Notes: generated by a model from the sequence alone, not told the origin. A DNA stretch of 38,440 nt from Anaerolineae bacterium (GCA_046760425.1 JBHIEC010000003.1:1-38440); one strand, 5' to 3'; positions 1 through 8,419 are shown, counted from the first letter of the stretch. Numbers and translations are program-made.

Positions 1-1265
1 CCGACGAGATCATTGAGGGGACGGACCACGTGGCCGTGCCCGGCTTCTTCAACGCCCACACCCACGCCCCCATGACCCTGGTGCGGGGCTGGGCTGAGGA
101 CTTGCCCCTGGACCGCTGGTTCAACGAGCGCATCTGGGTGGCTGAATCAGCCCTGGAGGAGGATGACGTCTACTGGGGCGCAGCTCTGGCCGCCTGCGAG
201 ATGATCCGCTCCGGCACCGTGGCCTTCGCCGATCACTACTTCTGGATGGATCGCGTGGCCCAGGCGGTGGAAGAGTCCGGGCTCCGGGCCACCCTGGCCT
301 GGTGCATCTTCGGCCTGGGGGCGGAGCAGGAGATCGGTGGGGCGACCCTGGAGCGGACCGAGGAGTTCGTCCAGCGCTGGCAGGGCGCGGCGGGAGGCCG
401 CATCCGCACCGTGCTGGGCCCCCACGCCCCCTACACCTGCCCGCCGGAGTTCCTGGCCCGCGTGGCCGAGCGGGCCGCTGAGCTGGGCGTGGGCCTCCAC
501 ATCCACCTGGCCGAGTCCCAGGACCAGATGGAGGCCTCCCTGGCCAAACACGGCCTGACCCCCGTGGCTTTCCTCGATAGCCTGGGCCTCTTCGACCAGC
601 CGACCATCGCTGCCCACTGCATCGCCCTGGCCGAGGTCGCAAGCGCTCGCAGGACAACCGTTCGAGCGGTTGGGTCTCCCGAACCCCCTGCGAGCGCTTG
701 CGAGGAGGACATGGCCATCCTGGCGGAGAAGGGGGTGAACGTCGTGCAGTGTCCCAACTGCCACATGAAGCTGGCTATGGGGGTCACGCCGGTGCCGGAG
801 CTCCTGGCCCGGGGGGTCAACGTGGCCCTGGGCACCGACGGCCCGGCCAGCAACGACAACCTGGACATGCTGGAAGAGGCCCGACTGGCGGCCCTCATCC
901 AGAAGCACCGTACCGGCGACGCCACGGCCCTGCCCGGCGACCTCCCCCTGCGGCTGGCGACTCAGAACGGCGCGCAGGCCATGGGCTTCCCCGACAGCGG
1001 TGTCATCGCTCCGGGGAAGGCGGCCGACCTGGTCCTCTTCGACTTCCGCAGGCCGCACCTGCGGCCCCGCCACGACCTGGTGGCCAACCTGCTCCACGCC
1101 GCCAACAGCGCCGACATCAGCCACGTCATCGTGGACGGCCAGTTGCTCCTGCGGGAGGGGGAGCTGCTGACCCTGGACGAGGAGCGGATCCTGTACGAGG
1201 CGGAGCGGCGGGCCTACCGCATGGTGGGGCAGGAGCTGCGGGTGGTGCGGAGGTACAAAACATAA
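1..1265 (+). CDS. mtaD: Amidohydrolase, 5'-methylthioadenosine/SAH deaminase (MtaD/DadD-like); 5' end lies outside the window; carries a 23-aa in-frame insertion
   Basis: PGFFNAHTH (HxH), HIHLAES (HxxE), ALGTDGPASND and GKAADLV motifs. The frame is open from position 3 (DEIIEGTDHVAVPG). Confidence 0.8.
   Translation, partial: DEIIEGTDHVAVPGFFNAHTHAPMTLVRGWAEDLPLDRWFNERIWVAESALEEDDVYWGAALAACEMIRSGTVAFADHYFWMDRVAQAVEESGLRATLAWCIFGLGAEQEIGGATLERTEEFVQRWQGAAGGRIRTVLGPHAPYTCPPEFLARVAERAAELGVGLHIHLAESQDQMEASLAKHGLTPVAFLDSLGLFDQPTIAAHCIALAEVASARRTTVRAVGSPEPPASACEEDMAILAEKGVNVVQCPNCHMKLAMGVTPVPELLARGVNVALGTDGPASNDNLDMLEEARLAALIQKHRTGDATALPGDLPLRLATQNGAQAMGFPDSGVIAPGKAADLVLFDFRRPHLRPRHDLVANLLHAANSADISHVIVDGQLLLREGELLTLDEERILYEAERRAYRMVGQELRVVRRYKT
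637..703. mobile_element. 67-bp palindromic micro-element (MITE/RPE-like) inserted in-frame in the amidohydrolase
   Basis: Perfect 17-bp IR TCGCAAGCGCTCGCAGG (637-653) / CCTGCGAGCGCTTGCGA (687-703), flanked by GG...GG. Homologous copy at 34822-34957. Confidence 0.85.
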
Positions 1266-1277
1266 GGAGTTGCTCCC

Positions 1278-1835
1278 ATGATCCTCAACGACGGCGAGAT
1301 CGTGGAACGGGTGCGGTCCCAGCGCATGATCGAACCCTTCGTGGACCACCAGGTGACGGACGGCGTGGTCTCCTACGGCCTGTCCAGCTACGGCTATGAC
1401 TTTCGCGTGGCGAACGAGTTCAAGGTCTTCCAGGGCACTGACAAGGGCATCGTTGACCCCAAGCATCTCGACGAAGGAGCCTTCGTGGACGTGGTCGCCG
1501 ACGACGTTTGCATCATCCCGCCCAACTCCTTCGTCCTGGCCAGAAGCCTGGAGTACTTCCGGATTCCACGGGACATCCTCACAATCACGCTTGGGAAAAG
1601 CACCTACGTCAGGTGCGGCATCCTCCTCAACGTGACCCCCCTCGAACCGGAGTGGGAGGGACATATCACCCTGGAGATCTCCAACACCACGCCTCTGCCG
1701 GCCAGGATTTACGCCAACGAGGGCATCGGGCAGATCATCTTCCTGCGGGCCTCGGAGGTGTGCCGTGTCTCCTATGCCGACCGCAAGGGCAGGTACCAGG
1801 GGCAGCGGGGAATTGTCCTGCCCAGGGTAGAATAG
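1278..1835 (+). CDS. dcd: dCTP deaminase
   Basis: [39 protein letters not shown] and KGRYQGQ motifs; AGGAG RBS. Confidence 0.95.
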   Translation: MILNDGEIVERVRSQRMIEPFVDHQVTDGVVSYGLSSYGYDFRVANEFKVFQGTDKGIVDPKHLDEGAFVDVVADDVCIIPPNSFVLARSLEYFRIPRDILTITLGKSTYVRCGILLNVTPLEPEWEGHITLEISNTTPLPARIYANEGIGQIIFLRASEVCRVSYADRKGRYQGQRGIVLPRVE

Positions 1836-2159
1836 GTGGAAGCCCTGGCGAAGCGGCTCCTGGCCTGGTACGAGGATCACCGCTGCGACCTCCCCTGGCG
1901 GCGGACCCGGGACCCCTACCACATTTACATCCATTTCCGCATCACCCTGTTCCTCTTCCACTGCCGCCACAAGGACGGCCAGCCCCAGGTCCTGGACTGC
2001 GCCGACTGGCGCTGGGTGGCCGTGGAGGACCTCCCCCGCTTCGCCCTCCCCGCCTCCTGGGCGAAAAGTAGCCCACTCCATGGCCAGCTTCCTAGAAGAC
2101 AACTTGGCCGATTTTACAAATCACAAAGTTTACAAACCTTGGGTTTTATGGTACAATAA
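1836..2159 (+). pseudogene. mutY: mutY remnant with a large internal in-frame deletion (N-terminal ~30 aa joined to the C-terminal NUDIX-like end)
   Basis: LLAWY...DLPWRRTRDPYHI is the MutY N-terminus. It is followed directly by HFRITL...WRWVAVEDLPRFALP, typical of the MutY C-terminal domain. The HhH and FeS regions are absent. Confidence 0.75.
2129..2157 (+). promoter_or_regulatory. sigma70-type promoter of the SufR-like gene
   Basis: TTTACA-17 bp-TACAAT with extended -10 TG; TTTACAAA is also repeated just upstream. Confidence 0.55.
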
Positions 2160-2225
2160 GCGCGTCTACTCACCCGATTTTTGGCATAGGACGGCAGGCC
2201 CATGCCGTCGTCAAGGGGAGGGCGC

Positions 2226-2864
2226 ATGAAGGACGTTGTAGTCAGGCAGATACAGGCTACCCGGCGGCAGATCCTGATGGCCCTGAAGAAACGCGGGGGC
2301 ATGACGGCCGACGAGCTGGGCAAGGCCCTGGGCATCACGCCCATGGGGGTGCGACGCCACCTGACGACCCTGGAGCGGGATGGTCTGGTGACCTACGAAA
2401 CGGCGCAGCGCGGGGTGGGCCGTCCCAGCTACGTCTACTCCCTGACCGACCTGGCCGACGAACTGTTCCCCAAGAACTATCACCAACTGGCCAACGAGAT
2501 CCTGGACATCATCGCGGCCCAGGACGGCGAGGACAAGGTGGAACTCGTCTTCGCTCAGCGGGCCCAGCGGCTGGCCCAGCGCTATGGCCCCCGCCTGGCC
2601 GGCAAGGACCTGGAGGCCCGCATAGCGGAATTGGCGAGCATCCAGGAGGAGAACGGCTACTTGGCCGAGTGGGAGAAGGTGGACGAGGACACTTTTCTCC
2701 TCAAGGAGCACAACTGCGCCGTCTCCGGCGTGGCTAGACGCTTCCCCCAGGCCTGCGTCTATGAGCTGGCCCTTTTCACCGAGCTGCTGGATGCCGAGGT
2801 GACCCGCGAGAAACACATGGCCAGCGGCGACATAGGCTGCTACTACCGCATCCGCCGAAGGTAA
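2226..2864 (+). CDS. SufR-like HTH transcriptional regulator with a probable Fe-S/metal-binding C-terminus
   Basis: N-terminal wHTH (MTADELGKALGITPMGVRRHLTTLERDGLV, GRPSYVYSLT), then HNC...C..E...C in the C-terminus. Confidence 0.8.
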   Translation: MKDVVVRQIQATRRQILMALKKRGGMTADELGKALGITPMGVRRHLTTLERDGLVTYETAQRGVGRPSYVYSLTDLADELFPKNYHQLANEILDIIAAQDGEDKVELVFAQRAQRLAQRYGPRLAGKDLEARIAELASIQEENGYLAEWEKVDEDTFLLKEHNCAVSGVARRFPQACVYELALFTELLDAEVTREKHMASGDIGCYYRIRRR

Positions 2865-2869
2865 TTTGC

Positions 2870-2898
2870 TTGACGGTGATTGAATCATGTGATAAAAT
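2870..2898 (+). promoter_or_regulatory. sigma70-type promoter upstream of the MNT gene
   Basis: TTGACG-17 bp-TAAAAT with TGn extension. Confidence 0.6.
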
Positions 2899-2974
2899 GG
2901 AGTCAGGTTTAAGGCCATCCGCTTAAGCATCGGCCTACGACGAGTTTCACTTGTAGCACGAAAGGGCGAATAGG

Positions 2975-3295
2975 ATGCTAACAGAAACAGATCGGCAAAT
3001 TGTGCGCGAATTCCAGCGCCGCCTGGCAGATGTCGTGCCTGTCCTCGACCTGCGCGTGTTCGGCTCGCGGGCTAGGGGTGACGCCGCACCCGACTCGGAC
3101 CTAGACGTGTTCATCGAACTGGAAGCATGCACCCCTGAACTGCGCCAGCGCATCAGTGAGATTGCATGGGAAGTGGGTTTCGAGATGGACTGTGTCATCT
3201 CCACAGTAGTGACCACCCGAGTCGAACTGGAGCATGGAGCGATGGGAGCCAACCCGCTTGTCTTGAACGTCGAACGAGAAGGAGTTCGGCCATGA
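2975..3295 (+). CDS. Minimal nucleotidyltransferase (MNT/MntA-type antitoxin); no HEPN partner visible
   Basis: 106 aa with VFGSRARGD..PDSDLDV (GS-x10-DxD) motif. Confidence 0.85.
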   Translation: MLTETDRQIVREFQRRLADVVPVLDLRVFGSRARGDAAPDSDLDVFIELEACTPELRQRISEIAWEVGFEMDCVISTVVTTRVELEHGAMGANPLVLNVEREGVRP

Positions 3296-3377
3296 GAACC
3301 CTCCCGTGCTAGAATGGGCCGGGGAAGCCAAACTGCTGGAGGGTCTTGAGGTTGAGTTGACGGAGTTGGAGAGAGTC

Positions 3378-3879
3378 AGACCTCGGAGGTCTTGACTGGG
3401 ATGATGCGACTATCTGTCTCGTACACAAAAGCCATAAACAAACGTTATCAACGTGTTGGTGCGCTCTTTCAGGGACCGTTCCAGGCCGTGCACGTGGATC
3501 GGAATGAATATCTCCTGCATCTGTCGCGCTACATCCACTTGAATCCTGTGACGGCAGAATTGGTAGAAAGGCCTGAAGATTGGGAATTCTCCAGTTACCG
3601 AGAGTACGTCGGGCTGCGCAACGGCACATTGCCCGAACCCGAGATTGTACTGGCACAGTTTCCAACGCGAAGCACATATCAGGAGTTTGTGGCATCTTAT
3701 AGCAAGGGTGATGAAGAGCTCATCGCCCACCTTTTGCTTGATTGAGAGGCAAAAGACCTCCGAGGTTTCCAATAGGAGGTGCCAGACCTCAGAGGTCTAT
3801 ACAGCATTTTGCTTGACCAGGTGTGTTGGTTAGAGCGGTTTTTGAGCTTGAAAAGGCTATGTGGAGACCTCCGAGGTCT
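3378..3879. repeat. Four REP-like palindromes AGACCTCNGAGGTYT around the RAYT remnant
   Basis: Copies at 3378-3392, 3754-3768, 3784-3798 and 3865-3879. Confidence 0.8.
3392..3745 (+). pseudogene. N-terminally truncated REP-associated tyrosine transposase (RAYT / Y1_Tnp)
   Basis: YTKAINKRYQRVGALFQGPF, RYIHLNPV and EDWEFSSY motifs. The HUH-containing N-terminal half is missing. GC is lower than in the flanks. Confidence 0.8.
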
Positions 3880-3902
3880 TGATTGGCAAGGAAGGATAGT
3901 CG

Positions 3903-4010
3903 GTGACCTACCATATCGAACACGACTTTCCCATCAAGCAACTGAATCCCCTGGCCCGGCGGGAGGCCAACGACAAGCGCGCCATCGCCGAGTTGCACCG
4001 CCGCGTGGAT
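3903..4010 (+). pseudogene. Possible N-terminal stub of a DUF1156-type adenine DNA methyltransferase
   Basis: IEHDFPIKQLNPLARREANDKRAIAELH resembles the DUF1156 start (IE.DFP.......RE...K.PI..LH.WWARR). The similarity ends abruptly. Confidence 0.45.
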
Positions 4011-4137
4011 GCCTTCGACACCCTGGCAGCCCGGAACGCTGCGCGTCGTGATCTCACCACTGCTGTTGCCGGTGGTGTGGCTCATCCAGTGGCTCCTGGC
4101 GCGCTTTGCGGGCTTGTAGAAGTCGGCTATTCATCAG

Positions 4138-4177
4138 AAAAAGCCCCCTTCACCTCCGGTCGAGGCGAAGGGGGCTT
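4138..4177 (-). terminator. Intrinsic terminator downstream of the MFS gene
   Basis: AAGCCCCCTTC...GAAGGGGGCTT stem with a T-run on the minus strand. Confidence 0.6.
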
Positions 4178-4293
4178 CGTTGTTCCACAGCGCCATCAGA
4201 GCGGGATGGGTGGCCCCTCGGGAATGGCCCAGAGCTCGACATCGGGGATGATCTTGACGTCCTCCCACAGAAACCCCTGCTCCTCGAAATCCT

Positions 4294-5430
4294 TCAGCTC
4301 CGCATCGCGCCCCCTCCATCGGTGACTTGGACGAAGACGGCTGCCGAGGCCAGCAACAGCAGCCCACACAGCAGGAAGGGCAGTTGCACCCGCCAGAGGG
4401 CCACCGCGCCCACGATGAGGGGCATGACCACAAAGGAGAAGTCAATGACGCCATCGAAGGTGGCCATGTAAAGGCTCTTCGCCTCGACGGGAGCCATCTC
4501 CGCCGCCCAGGCGGTAGCCTGGACGAAGACCGCCCCCACGCCTACCCCCAGCAGGCCCAACCCCAGCGCCATGGCCCACGGGGCTGAGGCGGCGAAGAGC
4601 CAGAGATAGGCCAGGCTGGCCAGCAGGGCACAGGCGATGATCAACCTTCGGCGATTCACCCGCTCCGACAGAAAACCGATGGGCACTTGGGTCAGGGTGA
4701 AGACTACGTAGTAGGCGGCCAGGATCCATCCAATGATGTCTGTGGTGAAGCCGAACTCCCCGCCCACCAGGGGCACGGCGATCCCCAGGGCCACATAGCC
4801 CAGCTCCGCCAGGAAGGTCGCCAGACACAAGAGGACAAAGCCCCGTCGCGAGAGGGCCACCCTGAGGGCGGCCAGGAAGCCTGCCTCCGCCTCCCCACCT
4901 CGCGGCCCCTCCTGCAGGAAGGGGATAGCGGTCAGGGCCAGGGCCGCCGCTGCGGCGCTGACGAAGAAGGGATAGGCCAGGTTGGCCCGGCCCACGTAGC
5001 CGCCCACGGTGGGGGCCAGGACGATGCCCGCCGTCTGGGCCGAGCGATAGAAGGCGAAGACCTTGCCCTTCTCCTCGAACCCGGCCGCCAACCCCAGCAT
5101 GGCCGGCCCGAAGAGCCCCAGCCCCACCCCCTGCAGGAGTCGAAAGGCCAGGAGTTGGCCGAAGTTTTGCGCCAGGCCGCAGGCCATGGCGAAGAGCCCG
5201 TAGATCACGAGCCCGGCCAGCACGAAGCGTTTGCGCCCATAGCGGTCGGCCAGGTGGCCCGTGTAGAGCTGGAGGGCCGCCCAGGTGAAAGAGTAGGCGG
5301 AGAAGAAGGCGCCGATGCCCGCGTAGGAGATGCCGAAGCGCTCCACGTAGAGGGGCAGGGTGGGCGAGACGACGAAGAGCCCGAAGGTGGAAATGAAGCC
5401 CAGGATGGCCAGGCCCAGCAGGTCGGTCAT
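4294..5430 (-). CDS. MFS transporter
   Basis: Motif A GHLADRYGRKR and GFLSERVNRRR; about 12 hydrophobic segments. Confidence 0.9.
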   Translation of the reverse strand: MTDLLGLAILGFISTFGLFVVSPTLPLYVERFGISYAGIGAFFSAYSFTWAALQLYTGHLADRYGRKRFVLAGLVIYGLFAMACGLAQNFGQLLAFRLLQGVGLGLFGPAMLGLAAGFEEKGKVFAFYRSAQTAGIVLAPTVGGYVGRANLAYPFFVSAAAAALALTAIPFLQEGPRGGEAEAGFLAALRVALSRRGFVLLCLATFLAELGYVALGIAVPLVGGEFGFTTDIIGWILAAYYVVFTLTQVPIGFLSERVNRRRLIIACALLASLAYLWLFAASAPWAMALGLGLLGVGVGAVFVQATAWAAEMAPVEAKSLYMATFDGVIDFSFVVMPLIVGAVALWRVQLPFLLCGLLLLASAAVFVQVTDGGGAMRS

Positions 5431-5503
5431 GGCCTATCTCTTTGTCTTTTGCCTCTTCCTATGCTATAATGGAAAAGAATGTACTGAAAGGCAGGGTCAA
5501 AAT

Positions 5504-5779
5504 ATGGCCACTTTAGTGAGAGAAATCAAGTACTTTCCTCTGGAAGGGGTCCTCAGGGTGACATTCGACTCCTACACGTTTTCCTCGTATGTGGATGAAC
5601 CGGTAGAAGCCAACTTCTTTGTCCTCCATGGCATAGACCATTCGGGCCAAGAAACGGGCGAGATCGTGGGCTTCGAATATGACCTCTTTAAGCTAGAGAA
5701 GTACATTGGAGAACCACTCCCCGTCGCGGAGAGCCCCGTTCAACCAGAGCCGGCCCCAGCTAAATCGGCGGCCAGCTAG
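5504..5779 (+). CDS. Small hypothetical protein (possibly DUF2283-like)
   Basis: ATG at 5504 downstream of TGCTATAAT (5462-5470); GEIVGFE motif. Confidence 0.45.
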   Translation: MATLVREIKYFPLEGVLRVTFDSYTFSSYVDEPVEANFFVLHGIDHSGQETGEIVGFEYDLFKLEKYIGEPLPVAESPVQPEPAPAKSAAS

Positions 5780-6004
5780 TTTACACGTCTTCGCCTCGCC
5801 AAACCTTTTCATCGCTTCTACTTTGCTTTTCTCCTTGTAGAAGCGAACCCTCTCCAGGACCTCCTCGGTGAGGCAAAACCCCGTCTCCTTCAGATAGTCA
5901 TCGAACGGCGACGCGCCCATTGCCTGTCCACTAGCCTTGTTCGATGAGATGCTTCACACCCACGATGGCCACCGGGCTGAAGACGCAGGCCAAGGCTACG
6001 GCGA

Positions 6005-6937
6005 TCACGGCCGCCAGCCACCCCAGGCCGGCTCGAACCATTCGGCCCTCGTGGCCAGGAATACGACGCTCAGGGAGATGAAAGTGGCCATGGCGAGGCT
6101 GGTCACCCTGACGGCCGACGACCTCGCTAAGACGAAGGCCGCGCTCGCCGAAGCACAGAGGAGGCCGATCCCCACCATGAAAGGCACCTCGCGGGCGAAG
6201 GGGGTCCCGTCGAAGAACAGCCAACTCAAGAGCATGGTCGCCGGGAAGAGGGCCAGCGAGCCAAGGGTCCAATCGCGCCAGATGGCCCTGGCCAGGGCAA
6301 CCAGCGGCCCGAACCCCCTGCTGCTCAGGGCCAGCAGCCCGAGGAGCAGCAGGGCGATCAGGATCAGCACGTCAACTGCCGGAGACACGAGGTACGGTGA
6401 ATCGTCGGCGACAGCAACTAGTGCACATAGGATGGACATGACTGCCGCTCCGGTCCAGGTATATCCCCAGACCGGCAGCCGTTGCGCTGCGGCAACCAAG
6501 CTGCCAGCCACCAGGATCAACATGGCCAACAGCAACACGCCGATGCCGACCACCATCCCTCCCGTGCTGATGCCTAGCCCATAGCGGACGCGCGTCGGCC
6601 CGCCGATCACCAACCGGCCCAGCGGCACTACCAGCAGGAAGAAAACGGTGATGCTCATTCCGAATAGCGCCGGCGGCAAGGCAGCCAGCAAGGCGTCTCG
6701 CCTCGTCGCTCCGCCGTGCACCTGCCTCAACTCCCGGCCCAGCTCGGCCGGATCGCCCAACGCCTCCATCGCTTTCTCCATGCTCTCCTCCTCCGATAGC
6801 CCACTCCATTGAAAGTGATGGGCTTGATCTTTGAGATGACCTGCCACCTCCTCGATGATCTCCCGCCTCGTCGCGGCGTCCATATGGCCTAAAGTGGCCT
6901 CAAGTTCAGCCAGGTATTGGCTCAGGCTGCTCATCAC
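6005..6937 (-). CDS. PadR-associated membrane protein with N-terminal HAAS-like domain; probable frameshift near the 3' end (the alternative frame continues to 5931)
   Basis: YLAELEATL...RREIIEEVAGHL...A...LGDPAELGREL followed by multiple TM helices. Confidence 0.75.
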   Translation of the reverse strand: MMSSLSQYLAELEATLGHMDAATRREIIEEVAGHLKDQAHHFQWSGLSEEESMEKAMEALGDPAELGRELRQVHGGATRRDALLAALPPALFGMSITVFFLLVVPLGRLVIGGPTRVRYGLGISTGGMVVGIGVLLLAMLILVAGSLVAAAQRLPVWGYTWTGAAVMSILCALVAVADDSPYLVSPAVDVLILIALLLLGLLALSSRGFGPLVALARAIWRDWTLGSLALFPATMLLSWLFFDGTPFAREVPFMVGIGLLCASASAAFVLARSSAVRVTSLAMATFISLSVVFLATRAEWFEPAWGGWRP

Positions 6938-7265
6938 GCTTACCTCTGATCACCTGCATCAGCCTCTCGGTGAAGGCCATCCACTCAGCCACCGAGTTGG
7001 CTAACACCTTCTTGCCCTTTTCGGTGATGAAATAGTACTTGCGGGATGGCCCCTGCTCCACCACCTGCCATTCCCCACGCACCAGCCCCTCCTTCTCCAG
7101 GCGGTGCAGGGCCGGGTACAGCGTCCCCTCCTTGAAGTCGAAATAGTCCTGGCTGCGCCGCTTCAACTCCTTGGCGATCTGGTAGCCGTACATAGGCTTC
7201 TCTCGAAGCAAGCTCAGGATGAGCACCGTCGTGCTGCCCTTCCGCAGATCCCATTCCATGCCCAT
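6906..7265 (-). CDS. PadR family transcriptional regulator
   Basis: LILSLLREKPMYGYQI, EGTLYPALHRLEKEGLV and RKYYFITEKG motifs. Confidence 0.92.
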   Translation of the reverse strand: MGMEWDLRKGSTTVLILSLLREKPMYGYQIAKELKRRSQDYFDFKEGTLYPALHRLEKEGLVRGEWQVVEQGPSRKYYFITEKGKKVLANSVAEWMAFTERLMQVIRGKRDEQPEPIPG

Positions 7266-7283
7266 GATGCTTCCCCTCTCGAT

Positions 7284-7341
7284 GTACCTAGATAATCTAA
7301 ATACCTAAGCACATTATACCACTTTTTGATCCAGTTGTCAA
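7284..7341 (-). promoter_or_regulatory. Consensus sigma70 promoter of padR with a likely PadR operator just downstream
   Basis: Minus strand TTGACA (7336-7341)-17 bp-TATAAT (7313-7318) with TGn. Imperfect palindrome GTACCTAGAT-A-ATCTAAATAC at 7284-7304. Confidence 0.7.
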
Positions 7342-7363
7342 GGGGGAAAAGCTTAAAATCAAG

Positions 7364-7391
7364 TTGACTTGCTGGACATCCGTGGTAAAAT
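7364..7391 (+). promoter_or_regulatory. sigma70 promoter of mvaD
   Basis: TTGACT-16 bp-TAAAAT with TGn. Confidence 0.55.
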
Positions 7392-7423
7392 AACGGTGGA
7401 GAGTGGCGAAAAGGGATTGTGCT

Positions 7424-8419
7424 ATGTCTATTGCAAAAGCAACGGCCGTCGCTTATAGCAACATCGCCTTCGTGAAGTTCTGGGGCAAGCGGGATGCGGC
7501 CCTCAACCTGCCCTACAACGATTCCCTGTCCATGAACCTGAGCGCCGCGACGACCACGACCACGGTCATCTTCGATGATACCTTGGCCGAGGATGTGGTT
7601 ATCATTGATGGGCGTGAGGAGAGGGGAGGGAGGAGAGAGCGGGTGGTAGCGCATCTGGATCGGGTGCGGCAGATGGCTGACATTGAGGCGCGAGCCAGGG
7701 TCGTCTCCCGGAATAGCTTCCCCATGGCCACGGGCATCGCCTCCTCGGCCTCGGCTTTCGCCGCCTTGTCCCTGGCGGCCACCAGGGCGGCCGGGCTGGA
7801 TCTGGACGAGGGGGAGCTCTCGCGTCTGGCCCGATTGGGCTCCGGGTCAGCGTGCCGGTCGGTACCGGGTGGCTTCACCTACTGGACAGCCGGCACGTCC
7901 CACGAGACGTCTTTCGCCCGACAGATCGCCCCGCCGGAGCACTGGGACCTGCGGGATGTCATCGCCGTCGTCAGCCAGGCCCCCAAGGCCGTCGGCTCCG
8001 GCGCGGGCCACGCCGCCGCCGAGACCAGTCTCTTCTTTCGAGCGCGGCTGGTGACTCTGCCCCAACGCCTGGCTGAGGTGAAGGATGCCCTGCTGGCGCG
8101 GGACCTCCCGACCTTCGGACGGGCCATCGAAGAGGAGGCCATCTCCCTGCACGTCATCGCCATGACCTCTCGACCGCCCATCTACTACTGGCTGCCGGCT
8201 ACCCTGCAGTTGATCCAGGCGGTGCAAAGCTGGCGGGCCGAGGGGTTAGAAGTGTATTTCACCCTGGACGCCGGCCCCAACGTCCACCTTATCTGCCGGG
8301 CTGGGGATCAGACGGAGGTAGAGAAAAGGCTGACGGCCATGGAGGAGGTACGAGAAGTCATCGTTAACCAGCCGGCGGGCGGGGTGCGCCTGCTGGATGA
8401 GCACCTGTTCGATCCCTGA
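7424..8419 (+). CDS. mvaD: (Di)phosphomevalonate decarboxylase, GHMP family
   Basis: NIAFVKFWGKRD, GIASSASAFAAL, RLGSGSACRS and FTLDAGPNVH motifs. Confidence 0.92.
   Translation: MSIAKATAVAYSNIAFVKFWGKRDAALNLPYNDSLSMNLSAATTTTTVIFDDTLAEDVVIIDGREERGGRRERVVAHLDRVRQMADIEARARVVSRNSFPMATGIASSASAFAALSLAATRAAGLDLDEGELSRLARLGSGSACRSVPGGFTYWTAGTSHETSFARQIAPPEHWDLRDVIAVVSQAPKAVGSGAGHAAAETSLFFRARLVTLPQRLAEVKDALLARDLPTFGRAIEEEAISLHVIAMTSRPPIYYWLPATLQLIQAVQSWRAEGLEVYFTLDAGPNVHLICRAGDQTEVEKRLTAMEEVREVIVNQPAGGVRLLDEHLFDP

Noticed and set aside
147-2102. Long antisense ORFs (147-2102, 9952-11283, 16636-17787, 18530-20704, 25300-27159, 30487-32226, 32314-33663 and others)
   Set aside because: Shadow frames of well-supported genes in high-GC DNA; no recognisable motifs.
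3754-3879. Short spaced palindromic repeats as a possible CRISPR array
   Set aside because: Only 15 bp, irregular spacing, no cas genes; better explained as REPs beside a RAYT.
5693-5920. 75-aa minus-strand ORF
   Set aside because: Overlaps the convergent small ORF, has a weak RBS and no recognisable family. It may be a gene remnant but cannot be supported.
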